Shown here piece by piece: positions 46,528-56,897 of a stretch of 64,000 bases of DNA. The stretch's first letter is position 1; every line of letters begins with the position of its first letter. Origin of the DNA: Methylopilaceae bacterium. Its GTDB lineage: Bacteria; Pseudomonadota; Alphaproteobacteria; Rhizobiales; Methylopilaceae. The notes beneath the pieces are model-generated. The model ran no database searches. It worked only from the letters and a program-made list of their open reading frames with translations, and was not told the DNA's origin. A program made the position numbers and the translations under genes. The stretch is taken from contig JBMDXK010000009.1 in assembly GCA_048594375.1 (NCBI GenBank), forward strand, positions 26,288 to 90,287, written 5' to 3'.

Positions 46528-46664
46528 GGCAATAATTTAACTGTTCAAGTGCGGAGCAACGTGATAAGGAATTTCTTCGTGTGTGTTAAGCTATAGTCGA
46601 GGCAAAGAAAAGCCTCTTTTGCACAGACCTCCAGACATATTTTTTGCTAGAGTATCAAGCCCCT

Positions 46665-48590
46665 ATGACAGAACCTGAATCCCAGCCTGAATCCGCCTCT
46701 GGCTCTGCGCCGGAACAAGCGGTAGAGAAAGGCTCCCGTGCTCGTGTTGCCAAAGTCATTGCGCGCGCCGGAATTGTATCCCGCCGTGAGGCGGAAGAAT
46801 TGATTGCGCAAGGCCGCGTGAGTGTGAATGGCGCGGTTATTTCCGAACCAGGCACAACGGTTTCGCTGGAAGATACCGTCAGCATTGATGGCATCCCTCT
46901 TCCTGCCAAAGAGCGTACCCGTTTGTGGTTGTACCATAAAACTGCGGGTGTTGTAACCACAACCAGCGATCCTGAAGGCCGCACCACCGTGTTTGAGGTA
47001 TTGCCGGAAGGTTTGCCGCGGGTGGTCACGGTGGGCCGTCTGGATATTAACACGGAAGGCTTGTTGCTGCTCACCAACGATGGCGGTCTTGCGCGCGTGT
47101 TGGAATTGCCGGAAACGGGCTGGCTTCGCCGTTATCGTGTGCGCGCCTATGGAACCATTTCCCACGGTGCGCTGGAAGCGTTGGAAGCGGGTATTGAAAT
47201 TGATGGCTTTAAATTCGAGCCGATCACCGTGAAGGTTGACCGCGAGCAAGGCGATAACGTCTGGTTGACGTTAGGTCTGCGGGAAGGCAAAAACCGGGAA
47301 GTCAAGCGTGTGCTTGATTACATTGGTTTGCGCGTAAACCGGCTGATCCGCACCTCGTTTGGTCCTTTTTCCTTAGGGGAACTCAAGGAAGGCGCCTTTG
47401 AAGAAGTGCGCACCCGTTACCTTAAAGATCAACTCGGCCCCCGCCTTATTCAGGAAGCTGCGGCCGATTTTGATGCCCCCCTTATTCACCAGCGTGATGG
47501 CGCTCCACCCGAAGACGGTTCTGTTCAAATGGCGAAAAAAGTAGCTGAAAAATCCCATAAGCGCGTCGGCACAACCACTGACCGCAAAGGCAAGCGCGTT
47601 GTGGTAGAACGCAGCGTGGCTCCCCATGAAGTAGAAGATCAGGACAGCCGCCGCAACAGCCGTCCACCACGCCGTTTCGATGGCGACCGCCCACAACGTT
47701 CTTTCGGTGATCGTCCAGATCGCGAAGGCCGCGAAGGCCGCCCACCACGCCGCTTCGATGGTGACCGCCCACAACGTTCTTTCGGTGATCGTCCCAACCG
47801 TGAAGGCGGCGAAGGCCGTCCACCACGCCGCTTCGATGGCGACCGTCCGCAGCGTTCTTTTGGTGATCGTCCGGATCGCGAAGGCCGCGACAGCCGCCCT
47901 CCCCGCCGCTTTGATGGCGACCGTCCGCAACGTTCTTTCGGTGATCGTCCCAACCGTGAGGGTGATGACCGCGGCCCGCGCCGTTTTGTAGGCGAAGGCT
48001 CGGAAGGTTTCCGCAACAATTACCGTTCGGAAAAGCCCCGCAGCCGCTTTGAACAAGAACGTTCAGGTGGTGAAAGCCGCCCTCCCCGCCGCTTTGATGG
48101 CGACCGCCCGCAGCGTTCTTTTGGTGATCGTCCGGATCGCGAAGGCCGCGACAGCCGCCCTCCACGCCGCTTTGATGGCGACCGTCCGCAACGTTCTTTC
48201 GGTGATCGTCCCAACCGTGAAGGCGGCGAAGGCCGTCCACCACGCCGCTTTGATGGCGACCGCCCGCAACGTTCTTTCGGTGATCGTCCGAACAACCGTG
48301 AGGGTGGCGAAGGCCGTCCACCCCGCCGTTTCGATGGTGACCGCCCACAACGTTCTTTCGGTGATCGCCCGAACCGCGAAGGCCGCGACAGCCGCCCTCC
48401 CCGCCGCTTTGATGGTGATCGTCCACAGCGTTCTTTCGGTGATCGCCCGGATCGCGAAGGCCGCGACAGCCGTCCTCCCCGCCACTTTGATGGCGACCGC
48501 CCACAACGTTCTTTCGGTGATCGTCCCAACAACCGTGATGGCGGCGGACGCCCTGATAAAGGCGGTCGCCCTCCGTTCAAGCGCGACTAG
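46665..48590 (+). CDS. rluB: 23S rRNA pseudouridine synthase (RsuA/RluB family) with a long repetitive Arg/Pro/Asp-rich C-terminal extension
   Basis: S4 domain ([30 protein letters not shown]) and catalytic [18 protein letters not shown]. The last ~310 aa are tandem repeats. The start is the ATG at 46665 or the TTG at 46644. Confidence 0.85.
   Translation: MTEPESQPESASGSAPEQAVEKGSRARVAKVIARAGIVSRREAEELIAQGRVSVNGAVISEPGTTVSLEDTVSIDGIPLPAKERTRLWLYHKTAGVVTTTSDPEGRTTVFEVLPEGLPRVVTVGRLDINTEGLLLLTNDGGLARVLELPETGWLRRYRVRAYGTISHGALEALEAGIEIDGFKFEPITVKVDREQGDNVWLTLGLREGKNREVKRVLDYIGLRVNRLIRTSFGPFSLGELKEGAFEEVRTRYLKDQLGPRLIQEAAADFDAPLIHQRDGAPPEDGSVQMAKKVAEKSHKRVGTTTDRKGKRVVVERSVAPHEVEDQDSRRNSRPPRRFDGDRPQRSFGDRPDREGREGRPPRRFDGDRPQRSFGDRPNREGGEGRPPRRFDGDRPQRSFGDRPDREGRDSRPPRRFDGDRPQRSFGDRPNREGDDRGPRRFVGEGSEGFRNNYRSEKPRSRFEQERSGGESRPPRRFDGDRPQRSFGDRPDREGRDSRPPRRFDGDRPQRSFGDRPNREGGEGRPPRRFDGDRPQRSFGDRPNNREGGEGRPPRRFDGDRPQRSFGDRPNREGRDSRPPRRFDGDRPQRSFGDRPDREGRDSRPPRHFDGDRPQRSFGDRPNNRDGGGRPDKGGRPPFKRD
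47661..48540 (+). repeat. in-frame 78-81 bp tandem repeat array inside rluB (10 copies in two blocks)
   Basis: The unit [19 protein letters not shown](D/N)REG(R/G)(D/E)(S/G) occurs four times from 47661 and six times from 48078. A unique ~110-bp linker separates the blocks. The period between the first two copies is 78 bp (47661 to 47739). Confidence 0.95.
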
Positions 48591-48616
48591 ACCTTTATAC
48601 TTTTCTGCACCCTTTA

Positions 48617-48646
48617 AAAGGCCAGTATTTTTGTACTGGCCTTTTT
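48617..48646 (+). terminator. rho-independent terminator after rluB
   Basis: ggccagta / tactggcc stem (extendable by A:T pairs) with a 6-nt loop, followed by ttttt. Confidence 0.8.
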
Positions 48647-48864
48647 AGCATTACTCTGCTTTAACGCTGCACTTTAAGATGGTTTCATATAAAATTTTTA
48701 ATTTTTGCCGAAAGCAGATCGTTTGCGTGTGACTTATTGTAAGCTTCCTTCTTACAAATGCGGTAATTCCAATCCCGCAGTCATTTCCACACTTGAAAAT
48801 CACTCCGCCAGTGCTTAAACCATTTTAATCGTAGAAAATTGAAGAACCGCGCGGAGCATCGTTT

Positions 48865-49749
48865 ATGACGGCCACTGAAATCAAAGTACCCGCCTGCCTT
48901 GGCCTTAAAGCGTTGGCCAACCGGTATGAAGTTGTGTTGTGTGATGTGTGGGGCGTGGTGCATAATGGTGTGAGTGCGTGGGAAAGCGCCACGGATGCGC
49001 TTACCCGTTACCGTGAGAACGGCGGAACGGTCATTCTGGTGACCAATGCTCCCCGTCCTTATACGGATGTTTTGCCGCAGCTTGATGGTCTTGGGGTTCC
49101 GCGTTCGGCGTGGGATTTTGTGGTGACCTCCGGTGATGTGACCCGTCATGAGATTGTGGCGCATGGTACGCGGAAGCTGTTGCATATTGGCCCCGAGCGT
49201 GATGCAAATATTTTTGAAAATTTAAGGATAGAGCGCACCACACTTGAAGAAGCCGAGCGTGTTGTGGTTACAGGTCTTGATGATGACGATACCGAAACCC
49301 CTGATGACTATCGGGAGCTACTGGCTCAGGTTTATGAGCGTAAGCTGCCGCTGGTGTGCGCCAATCCGGATCGCGTTGTGGAAAAGGGCGACCGTATTTT
49401 GTGGTGTGCGGGTGCTTTGGCGGATATGTATGAAGATATGGGCGGCGAAGTGGTGTTTGCGGGCAAGCCCTATGCGCCCATTTATGAATTGGCTTTGAGC
49501 AAAGCCGAAGAAATTCGCGGAAAAAGCATTGAACGCACGCAGGTTCTGGCGATTGGTGATGCGGTGCGTACGGATCTCTTAGGTGCTAAAACCTTTGGCG
49601 TAGATAGCTTGTTTGTGGCAGGAGGCATCCACGGTGCCGATATTGGTAACCCGATGGAACCCTTGCGCCTGCAAAACGTCCTTGATCTCGGCCCCGTCAG
49701 CCCCATTGGCTGGTCACGCCGCCTCACATGGGAAAACCCATCGGAATAA
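48865..49749 (+). CDS. HAD-superfamily class IIA hydrolase
   Basis: 294 aa with the motif I context VVLCDVWGVVHNG, VTNAPR, and a C-terminal GDAVRTD. Confidence 0.85.
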   Translation: MTATEIKVPACLGLKALANRYEVVLCDVWGVVHNGVSAWESATDALTRYRENGGTVILVTNAPRPYTDVLPQLDGLGVPRSAWDFVVTSGDVTRHEIVAHGTRKLLHIGPERDANIFENLRIERTTLEEAERVVVTGLDDDDTETPDDYRELLAQVYERKLPLVCANPDRVVEKGDRILWCAGALADMYEDMGGEVVFAGKPYAPIYELALSKAEEIRGKSIERTQVLAIGDAVRTDLLGAKTFGVDSLFVAGGIHGADIGNPMEPLRLQNVLDLGPVSPIGWSRRLTWENPSE

Positions 49750-49995
49750 AAGGTAGCAACGAAAGATTATAGCTCATCTTAATGGTTCCAAAGGCAAAAC
49801 CTTTAAAAAGATTGGAACTATAAATATCATGCGATGATTTGGAAGCTACATATTATATAAGCTATTACGAAATTAAAATTGCTTCCAAAAAAACATGGAA
49901 TTCACGCTTGACAGCACCAATACTTTATATCAAGAGATAAACTTATGGTAGTGCAATTATTCACCATAAGTTAAAGTCAAGGCATTGTTTTATCA

Positions 49996-50289
49996 ATGAT
50001 AAATGCTACAAAATTTGAAATACATTACTTCCTACAAAATGATAACCACTCAATGGATGCAATCATTAGGAATAAATGCGAAACTGAATTCCTCGCCATC
50101 GCTTATGAAATTATACGCACTCTAGAATTTAATATTATACTGGAAGCATAAGCGTATGGTGAAGGCGGACTACGAAATATATGGAAATTACTGGGTGCTA
50201 ATAGTGCTCAACTAACCTTGATAGCTGCCCTTTTTCCCACAGTACTCCATTTCCTACCAACAACTGACAGCGAATTAGCTTTGAAATGA
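49996..50289 (+). pseudogene. small ORF interrupted by an in-frame TAA (50149-50151); 51 + 45 codons
   Basis: From the ATG at 49996 the frame reads MINATKFEIHYFLQNDNHSMDAIIRNKCETEFLAIAYEIIRTLEFNIILEA, then TAA. The same frame stays open for 45 more codons (AYGEGGLRNIWKLLGANSAQLTLIAALFPTVLHFLPTTDSELALK) with no in-frame ATG. It ends in a TGA that overlaps the next ATG. Confidence 0.45.
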
Positions 50290-50534
50290 ATGATAAAGAA
50301 TTTAAAATTGCTGTAATTTCAAAGCAGATAAGTTTTAAAAATGGCGATACTATTCGCTGCATTCTCGAAATACACAGAAAGCTTAATGAAATTGGTGAAG
50401 TTGTAATTACCAACTATGTCGTCCCAACTGTCTTAGAGAAGATAGACAATGGTATAATAACAGAGACAGAAAGCGGAAAGAAATATCGTCGCGAAAAAAA
50501 TCTTAAGAAAAAGCAAATCAGTTTAGATTTATAA
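50286..50534 (+). CDS. hypothetical small protein (orphan)
   Basis: 82-aa ORF MNDKEFKIAVISKQISFKNGDTIRCILEIHRKLNEIGEVV... in the AT-rich islet. ATGA overlap with the preceding disrupted ORF. Confidence 0.45.
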   Translation: MNDKEFKIAVISKQISFKNGDTIRCILEIHRKLNEIGEVVITNYVVPTVLEKIDNGIITETESGKKYRREKNLKKKQISLDL

Positions 50535-50780
50535 GACTGCTTATATCTCTAAATTTCTGGCAGACTATCATTACAACTTGCGTTACCACTAAATCTATTA
50601 TACATAGCACTTGTGCTTTCAAGTGCAGAAAAACTGCCACCCTATGCCTCACAATAGAATAGCTTTGCGTTTAAAACGCCATGCCCAGCGTGTTACATCG
50701 CAGCCAGCACGAGACAAACAACTGCAGTTATAGTCATATTTACTGCAATCATTAACATCTCAATCTAACATTGATAAAGA

Positions 50781-51560
50781 CTACTTCTTCGCAACCAATG
50801 CAGCCAAATTCACCTTCGCTGCATCCCGTGCGCGTGGGCCTGCATAGCTGTCTTTTTTACGGTCATCCAGCACCAGATGGGCGAACACAATGCGCCGTTC
50901 GCCTTTTTCAATCCAGCCCACAAACCAGCCAAGCTGACGGTCTTTTTGCAAAGCACCGGAAGCATCGCGCTGGCTACCCGAACCGGTCTTGCCATAAAGC
51001 GTCCAGCCTTCACCCAGTTCACCCACCCGCATAATGCGGCGGGTCATTTCCTGCGCATGCGCACTGACCGGCAAACGTCCCTCGCTTAACGCGCGTACAA
51101 AAGCCAGCTGCTCCAGAGGTGAAATACCCAGCGAACTGGAAAGCCACGCGCGGGTCAAGCCGTTGTTCTTGCCTGCGTCACCGGTGATATCCTGATTGCC
51201 GTAATTGAAAATGCGGACATAATCTGCAAATTTTTCAGCACCCAGTGTTTGCGTAATATCCTGAGAATACCACACCGTGCTGTTTTTCATCCACAGTGTT
51301 GGAGAATGCGGTTGCCTCCAAGTGGGAAGCCACGCTGCATAACCTTTTTTAAAGGGCTTCACAGGCGTATTTTCATCATGCAAAAGGCCTGCGTCATAGC
51401 CCATGAGACTGATGGGAATTTTAAATGTGGAGCATGGCGCTTGCCGCGTGGCGCAGTCACCGTATTTTACAAGAACAGCGTTGCCTTCGGTGGCCACAAA
51501 GCAGTCTGCCCACGCGGGCGTTGCCAAAAACACAACCAATAGACCCAGCAGCCGTTTCAT
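50781..51560 (-). CDS. class D (OXA-type) beta-lactamase
   Basis: Signal peptide MKRLLGLLVVFLATPAWA. All class D boxes are present: STFK, STV (the SxV box), YGN, KTG and WFVGW. The ATG at 51560 has a gaggggg SD that overlaps the end of coaA. Confidence 0.85.
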   Translation of the reverse strand: MKRLLGLLVVFLATPAWADCFVATEGNAVLVKYGDCATRQAPCSTFKIPISLMGYDAGLLHDENTPVKPFKKGYAAWLPTWRQPHSPTLWMKNSTVWYSQDITQTLGAEKFADYVRIFNYGNQDITGDAGKNNGLTRAWLSSSLGISPLEQLAFVRALSEGRLPVSAHAQEMTRRIMRVGELGEGWTLYGKTGSGSQRDASGALQKDRQLGWFVGWIEKGERRIVFAHLVLDDRKKDSYAGPRARDAAKVNLAALVAKK

Positions 51561-51571
51561 GGTACACCCCC

Positions 51572-52624
51572 TCACAATTTCCGCAGCGCCACTTCTTCCA
51601 TCAGATGGTTGTGGCCTTTGCGCAAGATGAGCGATGCCCGTTGCCGTGTAGGAAAAATATTGTCCTGCAAATTGGGCAGGTTAATGGTTTGCCACAGATG
51701 TTCAGCCACAGCGTGCGCTTCGCTTTCTGAAATCTGGGCATAGCGGTGGAAGTAGGAGGCCGGATTTTGGAAGGCGGTCACGCGCAGCCGCATAAACCGC
51801 TCCACATACCATTGGCGTATGTCTCCAATTTCAGCATCCAGATAGATGGAAAAGTCGAAGAAGTCGGAAACAAACGGCACACCTTTTCCATCCCGTGGAG
51901 GCCGTCCGGTTTGCAGCACGTTCAGTCCTTCCACAATCAGAATGTCGGGTTGATCCACTACGGTGCATTCATCCGGCAACACATCGTAGATGAGGTGCGA
52001 ATAAAGGGGTGCTTCCACATGCCGCCGCCCCGCTTTGATATCACTGAGAAATTCCAGCAAGCGCGGCACATCATAGCTTTCGGGAAAGCCTTTGCGCTGC
52101 ATCAGACCATCGGCGGCCAACCGCGCATTGGGGTACAAAAACCCGTCTGTCGTCACCAAAGCCACGTTGGGCTGCATGGGCGAACGGGCAAGCAGAGTGC
52201 GCAGCAACCGCGCGGTTGTGGATTTACCCACTGCCACCGAACCGCCAATGCCGATGATATAAGGGGTTTTGCCTTCATTCCCACCCAGAAAGGTGCGCGT
52301 TGCCTGAAAAAGCCGTTGGGTTGCTGCCACATAGAGCAAAATCAGGCGTGTGAGCGGCAGATAAATAGCGGCAACTTCATCCAGATCAATAGGATCATCC
52401 GTAGAACGCAAGCGCGCCAGCTCATCATCGGTCAGTGTGAGAGGCATATCTTCGCGCAAGCGCGCCCATTCCTGGCGGGTGAACAGGCTGTAAGGTGATG
52501 CAGAACCCGTATAAAACGTATCAAGTGGCGGCATGGCAACTTTCGGAAAAGGCACAACCTGAGCAGGATTTTTATGTTCTGCAACAGCCGCTTCAGATGG
52601 TGAAAGTGATACCGCTTGCAGCAT
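51572..52624 (-). CDS. coaA: type I pantothenate kinase
   Basis: P-loop [17 protein letters not shown] and the CoaA family C-terminus. From recalled relatives, the true start may be the internal ATG at 52534 ([18 protein letters not shown]). Confidence 0.9.
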   Translation of the reverse strand: MLQAVSLSPSEAAVAEHKNPAQVVPFPKVAMPPLDTFYTGSASPYSLFTRQEWARLREDMPLTLTDDELARLRSTDDPIDLDEVAAIYLPLTRLILLYVAATQRLFQATRTFLGGNEGKTPYIIGIGGSVAVGKSTTARLLRTLLARSPMQPNVALVTTDGFLYPNARLAADGLMQRKGFPESYDVPRLLEFLSDIKAGRRHVEAPLYSHLIYDVLPDECTVVDQPDILIVEGLNVLQTGRPPRDGKGVPFVSDFFDFSIYLDAEIGDIRQWYVERFMRLRVTAFQNPASYFHRYAQISESEAHAVAEHLWQTINLPNLQDNIFPTRQRASLILRKGHNHLMEEVALRKL

Positions 52625-52688
52625 ATTACCCTGCCCTTAAAGCATAACCTTGCGCTTCACTAGCATAGCACTTCTTGTTTACAAAGCT

Positions 52689-53009
52689 TTAATTACACCG
52701 GCTGGCCTTCTCGGCCAATCCGGATTGCCCTGTGCGGCGTTCCAGCTCGTGCATCACTGCGCTAACGGGAATGTCTTGCGCCTTCAACAGTACCAGCAGG
52801 TGATAGAGCGTATCGGCGCTTTCATAAACGAGGTTTTCGCGATCGCCCAGAGCAGCAGCCAGTACGGTTTCCACCGCTTCTTCACCGAATTTTTTAGCGC
52901 AGGTGGCCACACCTTTATCCAGCAATGTGCGGGTGTAGGAGCTCCCATCAGCGGCGGCTGCGCGTTCGGCAATAATTTTTTCTAAAGTTGCAAGATCAAA
53001 ACCTGCCAT
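52689..53009 (-). CDS. hisE: phosphoribosyl-ATP pyrophosphatase
   Basis: MAGFDLATLEKIIAERAAAADGSSYTRTLLDKGVATCAKKFGEEAVE... ATG at 53009 with a gaggag SD. Confidence 0.93.
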   Translation of the reverse strand: MAGFDLATLEKIIAERAAAADGSSYTRTLLDKGVATCAKKFGEEAVETVLAAALGDRENLVYESADTLYHLLVLLKAQDIPVSAVMHELERRTGQSGLAEKASRCN

Positions 53010-53019
53010 TGAAAACTCC

Positions 53020-53805
53020 TCACGCATTCACAGCATCGAGCCGCATGGGAATGCCAGCTCGTGCCATATGTTCCTTGGCTTCACGGATAGAATGGGTGCC
53101 AAAATGGAAGATAGAAGCCGCCAGCACAGCACTTGCACCGCCTTTCAGCACGCCATCCACCAGATGGTCGAGATTGCCTACGCCGCCGGATGCGACTACG
53201 GGAATAGAGACCGCATCGGAAATTGCGCGCGTGAGCGCCAGATCATAGCCATCGCGGGTGCCATCGCGATCCATCGAGGTAAGGAGAATCTCCCCTGCCC
53301 CGCGTTTGGCCATATCACGGGCATAGGCCACGGCATCAATGCCGGTTGGGTTTCGGCCACCGTGGGTAAAAATCTCCCAGCGCGGTTCTTCGCTTTCACT
53401 GGAAACCTTGCGGGCATCCACCGCCACCACAATTGCCTGCGCGCCGAATTTATCGGCCGCTCGGTTAACCAGATCCGGGTCGCGCACCGCGCTGGTGTTG
53501 ATGGAAACCTTGTCGGCACCGGCAAGCATCAGCGCCCGTATATCGCTCACCGCGCGGACTCCCCCGCCCACGGTAAGGGGCATAAAGCAGGTTTCAGCGG
53601 TGCGTGAAACCAGATCGAGCAACAGACCGCGGTTTTCAACGCTGGCGGCAATATCCAGAAAGCACAGCTCGTCTGCACCGGCAGCATCATAAGCTTTTGC
53701 GGCCTCCACCGGATCGCCCGCATCAATCAGATCCACAAATTGTACGCCTTTGACCACGCGGCCATTTTTAACGTCCAGACAAGGGATAAGGCGCTTTTTC
53801 AGCAT
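53020..53805 (-). CDS. hisF: imidazole glycerol phosphate synthase cyclase subunit
   Basis: [34 protein letters not shown]... Confidence 0.97.
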   Translation of the reverse strand: MLKKRLIPCLDVKNGRVVKGVQFVDLIDAGDPVEAAKAYDAAGADELCFLDIAASVENRGLLLDLVSRTAETCFMPLTVGGGVRAVSDIRALMLAGADKVSINTSAVRDPDLVNRAADKFGAQAIVVAVDARKVSSESEEPRWEIFTHGGRNPTGIDAVAYARDMAKRGAGEILLTSMDRDGTRDGYDLALTRAISDAVSIPVVASGGVGNLDHLVDGVLKGGASAVLAASIFHFGTHSIREAKEHMARAGIPMRLDAVNA

Positions 53806-53815
53806 GGGATGATCT

Positions 53816-54586
53816 CTATTGTTGTTGCTGTTGCTCGTGACGTTCCCGCTCCACCTTTTTCAGGAAGGAAATGGCGTGCGCGGGAATCAGGCGCCCATCA
53901 TAGAGCGCCCGTCCGGCAATGGTTCCAGCAATGATGCTGTTTTCCGGTTCCACCAGTTGTTCAAGGTCGCTCATGCCAGCCAATCCGCCGGAAGCAATGA
54001 CGGGGATAGAAACAGACTTTGCCAGCTCCCGTGTTGCGGGAATATTCAGCCCGATCAGAAGGCCATCACGGGAAATATCGGTGTAGATAATGGCGGCAAC
54101 ACCGGCATCTTCAAAGCGTTGTGCCAGTTCAAGCGCGGTGAGGTCAGAGACCTCGGCCCAGCCTTCCACAGCGACACGGCCATCTTTGGCATCAATACCG
54201 ACAGCAATTTTTCCTGGATAGGCTTTGGCAGCATCTTTGACAAATTCAGGATCGCGCACCGCGGCAGTGCCGAGAATAACGCGGGAAATGCCCCGTTCAA
54301 TCCAGAATTCAACGCCTTTCATATCGCGGATTCCGCCTCCGAGCTGCACAGGAATATCCACACTGCCCAGAATATTCTCCACAGCGGCAGCGTTGACATT
54401 GCGGCCAATGAAAGCCCCGTCAAGGTCAACCAGATGCAGCCATTCAAAGCCTGCATCCTGAAAGATTTTTCCCTGTGCTGCGGGGTCTTTACCATACACG
54501 GTGACGCGTTCCATGTCGCCCTGTTTCAGACGCACTACATCGCCGCCTTTTAAGTCGATTGCCGGATAAAGGATCACGGTTTCCAC
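53816..54586 (-). CDS. hisA: 1-(5-phosphoribosyl)-5-[(5-phosphoribosylamino)methylideneamino]imidazole-4-carboxamide isomerase
   Basis: [22 protein letters not shown]..., between hisH and hisF. Confidence 0.96.
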   Translation of the reverse strand: METVILYPAIDLKGGDVVRLKQGDMERVTVYGKDPAAQGKIFQDAGFEWLHLVDLDGAFIGRNVNAAAVENILGSVDIPVQLGGGIRDMKGVEFWIERGISRVILGTAAVRDPEFVKDAAKAYPGKIAVGIDAKDGRVAVEGWAEVSDLTALELAQRFEDAGVAAIIYTDISRDGLLIGLNIPATRELAKSVSIPVIASGGLAGMSDLEQLVEPENSIIAGTIAGRALYDGRLIPAHAISFLKKVERERHEQQQQQ

Positions 54587-55224
54587 CTCAAGAAATTAGC
54601 TAAAATCAATAAACCAAGGTGCTGGCTTTTTTCGGGATGGAATTGCATCCCTGCAATATTGTTTTTGGCTACCAGCGCCGTAACTTCTCCGCCATAATGA
54701 GCGGTTGCAATAACATCCTGCGGATCAGCAGCCTTCAAATGAAAGCCATGCAGGAAATAAGCGTGCAAGCCTTTTTCGCCCAGCGCAACGCCATCAATCA
54801 GCGGATGCTCGCGGGTCACATTCAGGGTGTTCCATCCCATGTGCGGTACTTTTAAAGCAGGATCGGCAGGTTCAATAGCTTCAACCCGACCCGCAATCCA
54901 GTCAAAACCTGTCGTTTCTTCAAATTCGTTTCCTGAAGTGGCCAGAAGCTGCATCCCGATGCAAATACCCAGAAACGGAATTTTCCGCACCTGAACGGCA
55001 TCGGTAACAGCATCCCACAAACCGTCAACACCCATCAGACCGCGTTTGCAATCGGGGAAAGCGCCATCACCGGGCAGAAGAATGCGGTCGGCACGGCGCA
55101 CCGCTTCGGGATCCGAGGAAACAACCACATCCGGTTCAAGACCGGCGAGAAGGCTGGCAGCCTCCAGTGCTTTGGCCACCGAGCGCAAATTGCCTGCGCC
55201 ATAATCAATAACAACGGTTGTCAT
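54574..55224 (-). CDS. hisH: imidazole glycerol phosphate synthase glutamine amidotransferase subunit
   Basis: [21 protein letters not shown]...GICIGMQLL... Confidence 0.96.
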   Translation of the reverse strand: MTTVVIDYGAGNLRSVAKALEAASLLAGLEPDVVVSSDPEAVRRADRILLPGDGAFPDCKRGLMGVDGLWDAVTDAVQVRKIPFLGICIGMQLLATSGNEFEETTGFDWIAGRVEAIEPADPALKVPHMGWNTLNVTREHPLIDGVALGEKGLHAYFLHGFHLKAADPQDVIATAHYGGEVTALVAKNNIAGMQFHPEKSQHLGLLILANFLRWKP

Positions 55225-55671
55225 TCAGACGGCCTCCGCGGCAGGCAGCGGTTTACCGCGTTCTTGCAGGAAAGCGCCATATTTTTCTGGCCGCCCCCAT
55301 GTATCAAAAAACAGTGCTTCCGCTTCGAGTTGTGTGTTGCCTTGCAGCACCGCTACGGCTTCATAGCCATTGCGTTCCAGTTTTGCGCAGCGTAAATCAT
55401 TTCCTATAAACGCAATGGCAAGGTTCATGAGGGAGTGGATACCCATAAGTGCCAGCGGGGAAACCGGCATAAAGCTGGCAGCAACGCCAACCGCAACAAA
55501 CACCACCAGAACGAAGAGAGTTTCCCACCATAAGCGGTGCCAGAGCAACCAGAGCAGAGGCATAAGCAGTGCCAGCCACGCAAAACCTTCTTTCACCACC
55601 ACAATATGGGGTGCGCGCTCCGCGCTCGGCGGCAAATCAGGTTTTGGATCAAAAAATGACCAGAATTTCAT
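55225..55671 (-). CDS. DUF2628-like small membrane protein
   Basis: 148 aa with two or three TM helices. It occupies the hisB-hisH spacer position, as in many alphaproteobacterial his operons (from memory). Confidence 0.6.
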   Translation of the reverse strand: MKFWSFFDPKPDLPPSAERAPHIVVVKEGFAWLALLMPLLWLLWHRLWWETLFVLVVFVAVGVAASFMPVSPLALMGIHSLMNLAIAFIGNDLRCAKLERNGYEAVAVLQGNTQLEAEALFFDTWGRPEKYGAFLQERGKPLPAAEAV

Positions 55672-55672
55672 T

Positions 55673-56269
55673 TTAGTTCCCTAAGCGCCCTTTGGTGGAA
55701 GGCAGCAAATCCTTGGCACGGGCATCCACTTCAACAGCTTTGCGTAATGCACGGGCTACGCCCTTAAAGCATGATTCTGCAATATGGTGGTTATTCATTC
55801 CGTAAACAAGATTGACATGCAGTGTTGCGGCAGCGTGTGTTGCAAAGGCTTGGAAGAATTCACGCACCAGCTCGGTGTCGAAATCGCCCACTTTTGCGGC
55901 GCTGAACGGGGTATTCCACACTAAAAACGGACGCCCTGAAATATCGATAGCCACTTGGGTTAGTGTTTCATCCATGGGGCAAAGGCGATCCGCATAGCGG
56001 GTGATGCCAACGCAATCCCCCAAAGCCTGACGCACAGCCTGACCAATGACAATACCGGCATCTTCTGTGGTGTGGTGGAAGTCCACATGGGTATCGCCCT
56101 TGACAGTGATATCAAGATCAATCAGGGCGTGCCGTGCAAAGAGTTCCAGCATGTGGTCAAGAAAGCCTACCCCGGTAGCAATGGAAGCTTTTCCTGTTCC
56201 GTCCAGATCCAGACGAACGGTGACATCGGTTTCACGGGTGGTGCGTGTGAGGGTTGCACTGCGGTTCAT
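55673..56269 (-). CDS. hisB: imidazoleglycerol-phosphate dehydratase
   Basis: [16 protein letters not shown]...GFLDHML...HHTTED... Confidence 0.97.
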   Translation of the reverse strand: MNRSATLTRTTRETDVTVRLDLDGTGKASIATGVGFLDHMLELFARHALIDLDITVKGDTHVDFHHTTEDAGIVIGQAVRQALGDCVGITRYADRLCPMDETLTQVAIDISGRPFLVWNTPFSAAKVGDFDTELVREFFQAFATHAAATLHVNLVYGMNNHHIAESCFKGVARALRKAVEVDARAKDLLPSTKGRLGN

Positions 56270-56384
56270 GGCGTGGTCTCCGGCGTATTTTCAGCGTCAT
56301 TCAGCAATCAGATGAAAGCCTTTTAGCAGGGAAAACACAATAACGCTATGGTGGAGAGTGTGATTTGCGCGGAAAGAAGCACGC

Positions 56385-56897
56385 TTATTCGCGGTTTGGG
56401 GGTTTTGCATTTCGCAGGGGGATGTTTTTTCTCAGCCTGATTTCGGCGTTGAGTTCTTCAAGAGCAATTTCTTCAAGCCTGCGTTGTTCTTCATCGAGTT
56501 TTTCGCGCAGATTTTTCCAGCTTTCTTTTTCCCGTTGTGCTTTTTGGAAGGCGCGGTATATTTTTGGAATAGCGAGACGTTTTTCATCGCGGAATTCTTG
56601 TTTCACTGCGATGTCTTGGGCCATGTTATCCAATTCGAGTTTGAACTGATCGACCGTCGTATGAAGGGTAGTGATGGTTTCGCCGGCAATGCCTTTCTTT
56701 TTTTCCACCAATTCTTTCCATTGGCGTTTTTCTTCCTCAGCCGCTTTTTGTTTTCGGGCTTCGCGTTCTTGTTGGGCATGGAAGAAGGCGGCTTCGGCTT
56801 CGCGCAATTCATGCCGGGCTTTGAGCAGAGCTTTGTTTTTTTGCTCTTCGCGCAGTCGTCGCAGTTGGCTGATCTGGTCGAGATCACGTTCCTTCAT
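56385..56897 (-). CDS. sctO: T3SS stalk protein SctO-like (YscO/HrpO/FliJ-like coiled coil)
   Basis: 170 aa, highly charged and predicted all-helical (E/K/R/Q-rich heptads). ATGA overlap with the sctN stop. It occupies the canonical position after the ATPase gene. Confidence 0.55.
   Translation of the reverse strand: MKERDLDQISQLRRLREEQKNKALLKARHELREAEAAFFHAQQEREARKQKAAEEEKRQWKELVEKKKGIAGETITTLHTTVDQFKLELDNMAQDIAVKQEFRDEKRLAIPKIYRAFQKAQREKESWKNLREKLDEEQRRLEEIALEELNAEIRLRKNIPLRNAKPPNRE

Noticed and set aside
47373-48648. Multiple long ORFs in all six frames across the 3' half of rluB
   Set aside because: They are an artefact of the in-frame 78-81 bp tandem repeat, which lacks stop codons in every frame. 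Only the frame continuous with the S4 and pseudouridine-synthase domains is credible.
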